Assembly: GCA_048571215.1 (NCBI GenBank)
Contig: CP182352.1
Coordinates: 2,528,001-2,592,000 of the forward strand
DNA length: 64,000 bases
Source: Halarcobacter sp.
Lineage (GTDB): Bacteria > Campylobacterota > Campylobacteria > Campylobacterales > Arcobacteraceae
Direction of reading: 5' to 3'
Shown: piece by piece, positions 62,023 through 64,000 of the stretch
How positions within the stretch are numbered: the stretch's first letter is position 1
Layout of the letters: each line of letters begins with the position of its first letter
The notes under the pieces: generated by a model
What the model saw: only the letters and a program-made list of their open reading frames with translations
The model's database searches: none
What the model was told of the DNA's origin: nothing
Program-made: the position numbers and the translations under genes

Positions 62023-62039
62023 GTCACAAATTTGTCACA
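62023..62039. promoter_or_regulatory. GTCACA-N5-GTCACA direct repeat upstream of the acyltransferase gene
   Basis: gtcacaaatttgtcaca, 11-bp period. Confidence 0.6.
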
Positions 62040-62101
62040 AAAATTTAAAAATATATACAAGTGGGTCTTTTATATGTGAAGAAATTATTTTAGAGTAATT
62101 A

Positions 62102-62125
62102 AAGAGCTTAGTATTTTAAGCTCTT
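62102..62125 (-). terminator. Possible terminator
   Basis: aagagctta-gtattt-taagctctt. Confidence 0.45.
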
Positions 62126-62145
62126 AGAGTTGATTTGAAATTATT

Positions 62146-62976
62146 TTATGATTTTTTTAAAATAAATAGAGATTTTATAAAAGAGTAGAGAAAAAATAGA
62201 AAAACTAAAGGCAATAATATTGTTTGAAATATAAAGACTATAATCAAATCAATAATATAATCACTAGAGTTGTCAACAGCATTTCTATACTCCTCAACTT
62301 TTTTTTCATAATAGCTTGAGTCAAACTTTTCAATAACCTTATTTATAAAAGAGTTATTACTTTTTTGATTTATAGTCTCTTTTGTTACCTTACTAACATC
62401 ATCTTTTACTTTCACTATATTATTATTTAGCACTTCTATATTATATTCTGGCTTTACAAAATAGTTATAAGATAGATTATTAATATATGCTATTAGGGGA
62501 ATAGAAAGCCTTAAAAAAAGAAGGATAAAAGTTACTTTAAAAAATATTCCCCTTAGTTTTTCATCTTTTTTAAACCTTTTAAATAACCAGATATTAAAAA
62601 CTATTACAAAAAAAAGTAAAAGATAATTATATACCTCATTTGTAACAAAATTTAATAATATCTTTTGAATCCCCAAAGAGGTAATACAAGCTAGCATCAC
62701 CAAAGAAAACTGTTCTACTAGATCATTTATAGGGTCAAGAACCTCACCAATTGCAATTATAATAAAGGGTAAATCAAGTTGTGTACCTTGAGCTAGTGAA
62801 ATAACTGCATTTAAAGCCTTTGCACTTCCAAATACAATAACTGCTTGGGTAAAGGAGTCGTCAACTAAAGCCTTAGCACTATGATCAAAGCTAAAAAAAT
62901 TTGATACAATTAAAGCAAATAGTGATAGAAACAGTAGTAAAAATTTATTCCAGTTTTCAATTAAAAAAGTTTTCAT
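62146..62976 (-). CDS. Conserved hypothetical membrane protein
   Basis: Several TM segments; AKALNAVIS...GEVLDPINDLVEQFS motif. Confidence 0.7.
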   Translation of the reverse strand: MKTFLIENWNKFLLLFLSLFALIVSNFFSFDHSAKALVDDSFTQAVIVFGSAKALNAVISLAQGTQLDLPFIIIAIGEVLDPINDLVEQFSLVMLACITSLGIQKILLNFVTNEVYNYLLLFFVIVFNIWLFKRFKKDEKLRGIFFKVTFILLFLRLSIPLIAYINNLSYNYFVKPEYNIEVLNNNIVKVKDDVSKVTKETINQKSNNSFINKVIEKFDSSYYEKKVEEYRNAVDNSSDYIIDLIIVFIFQTILLPLVFLFFLYSFIKSLFILKKS

Positions 62977-63011
62977 AAAAAATTATAGCTAATTTATTTG
63001 ATGGTATAGAT

Positions 63012-64000
63012 TTAATTATTAGAAAGAATTTTATCCATATAACTCATCTTCATAAACTCTTCCATTTGATTATTTGAAGAGTATTCATATCCAAATACCT
63101 CTTTCCATAAAGATTCATCTTCCATACAAAGATAAAAATATACATCTTTATGCCATGGTTTAAAAGTTTCATAAGCTGACTTAAACATCTCTTTTTTTAT
63201 ATCAAGTGGATAAGATTGTTTTCCATTTGCATCAATAAATGGCATTTGAAGAATTTTTGATTTAAAGTTTCTTGATCTTATTTTTTGAATAACGGGCTTA
63301 ATAAAGGTTAATGTTCCAAAAGATACTAAGGCAACTTTTTTTGAATCAAAAGTATCAAGCAAAGTTTTATAAACCTCTTCATACTCCTTTAAATAATTAT
63401 CATAATGAACAATTGGGTGAAAATGAAAACCTACTAAGACACCTTTATCACTCACTTTTTTTGCAGCTTCAATTCTTTGATTTAAAGATGCAGCTAGATG
63501 TTCTTCATTATCACAAATTGTTTGAGTATTTAAAGACCAAGTACAGATTATATTTTTAGGAACTTCATTTTCTAAAAAGTATTTTATATTATTTGATTTT
63601 GTTTTAAACTCTAAAATCACATTTGGATTTTCCCTTGCAAAATCAAATAAAGCATCTAAAATCCCCTCTTTATTTCCCCACATAAGTGAATCAGAACTTT
63701 GTCCTGTTCCTATATGGTAAGTTTCATTTGGGTCTAATTTTAGATTTTTTAGATTTTTTTTAAAGTTTTTATCAAAACCTATTTTATCTTGATTATAAAA
63801 AGATTGAATAGAACAATATGAACAATCAAAACCACAAGATTGCACTGCATCAAGAGTTAAAAGATTACAACATCTAGTATTAGGACTTGCAACAGGACAT
63901 GAGCCTAGTGCTGTTTTATCTCCTTCAAAAGTATGAAAACTAAATTTTCGCACATCATCTTTATAAAGCTCTTTTGTAAATTTTGTATATGAGTTAGGTT
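63012..64000 (-). CDS. Radical SAM protein, spore photoproduct lyase family (5' end outside window)
   Basis: CGFDCSYC, GQSSDSL, EFKTKS, WSLN and YLCME motifs; frame open to the window end. Confidence 0.8.
   Translation of the reverse strand, partial: PNSYTKFTKELYKDDVRKFSFHTFEGDKTALGSCPVASPNTRCCNLLTLDAVQSCGFDCSYCSIQSFYNQDKIGFDKNFKKNLKNLKLDPNETYHIGTGQSSDSLMWGNKEGILDALFDFARENPNVILEFKTKSNNIKYFLENEVPKNIICTWSLNTQTICDNEEHLAASLNQRIEAAKKVSDKGVLVGFHFHPIVHYDNYLKEYEEVYKTLLDTFDSKKVALVSFGTLTFIKPVIQKIRSRNFKSKILQMPFIDANGKQSYPLDIKKEMFKSAYETFKPWHKDVYFYLCMEDESLWKEVFGYEYSSNNQMEEFMKMSYMDKILSNN

Noticed and set aside
595..63559. Numerous short ORFs in the track overlapping or antisense to long genes (e.g. 595-840, 6274-6513, 10479-10784, 17528-17833, 39282-39602)
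   Set aside because: No recognisable motifs and largely nested in well-supported genes; treated as shadows

Overview
Low-GC chromosomal window from a Campylobacterota genome, most likely Arcobacteraceae (inferred from gene content and style, not verified). Most of it is housekeeping and regulatory genes (cca, proS, hemA, hisD, aroK, fbaA, hsrA, eptA-pap2-dgkA, rpsO, moaA, cobA, phoD, serS, trpS, hisG, coaX and several two-component systems). Three regions stand out. (1) A 7.5-kb island at 25637-33168 is bounded by a 147-bp direct repeat. It holds seven tandem 5'-truncated polymorphic-toxin C-terminus plus immunity cassettes, a lipoprotein gene and a REP-associated tyrosine (Y1/HUH, RAYT-like) transposase. 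Every cassette junction carries a short hairpin-forming site (core AAGGTG..CTG(T/A)CCCC), which also occurs upstream of the transposase, and several sites are followed by short stutter duplications. This looks like an integron-like cassette-capture system driven by an HUH transposase; that model is my inference. (2) There are two independent IS256-family insertions with 8-bp target duplications, one of which cuts the C-terminus off an EAL phosphodiesterase. (3) A cluster of a 7TM-DISM kinase, two winged-helix response regulators and a FeeM/LuxI-fold acyltransferase; the second regulator and the acyltransferase share a GTCACA-N5-GTCACA upstream box, a candidate signal-synthase/receptor (quorum-sensing-like) circuit. 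No rRNA, tRNA or CRISPR array was recognised.
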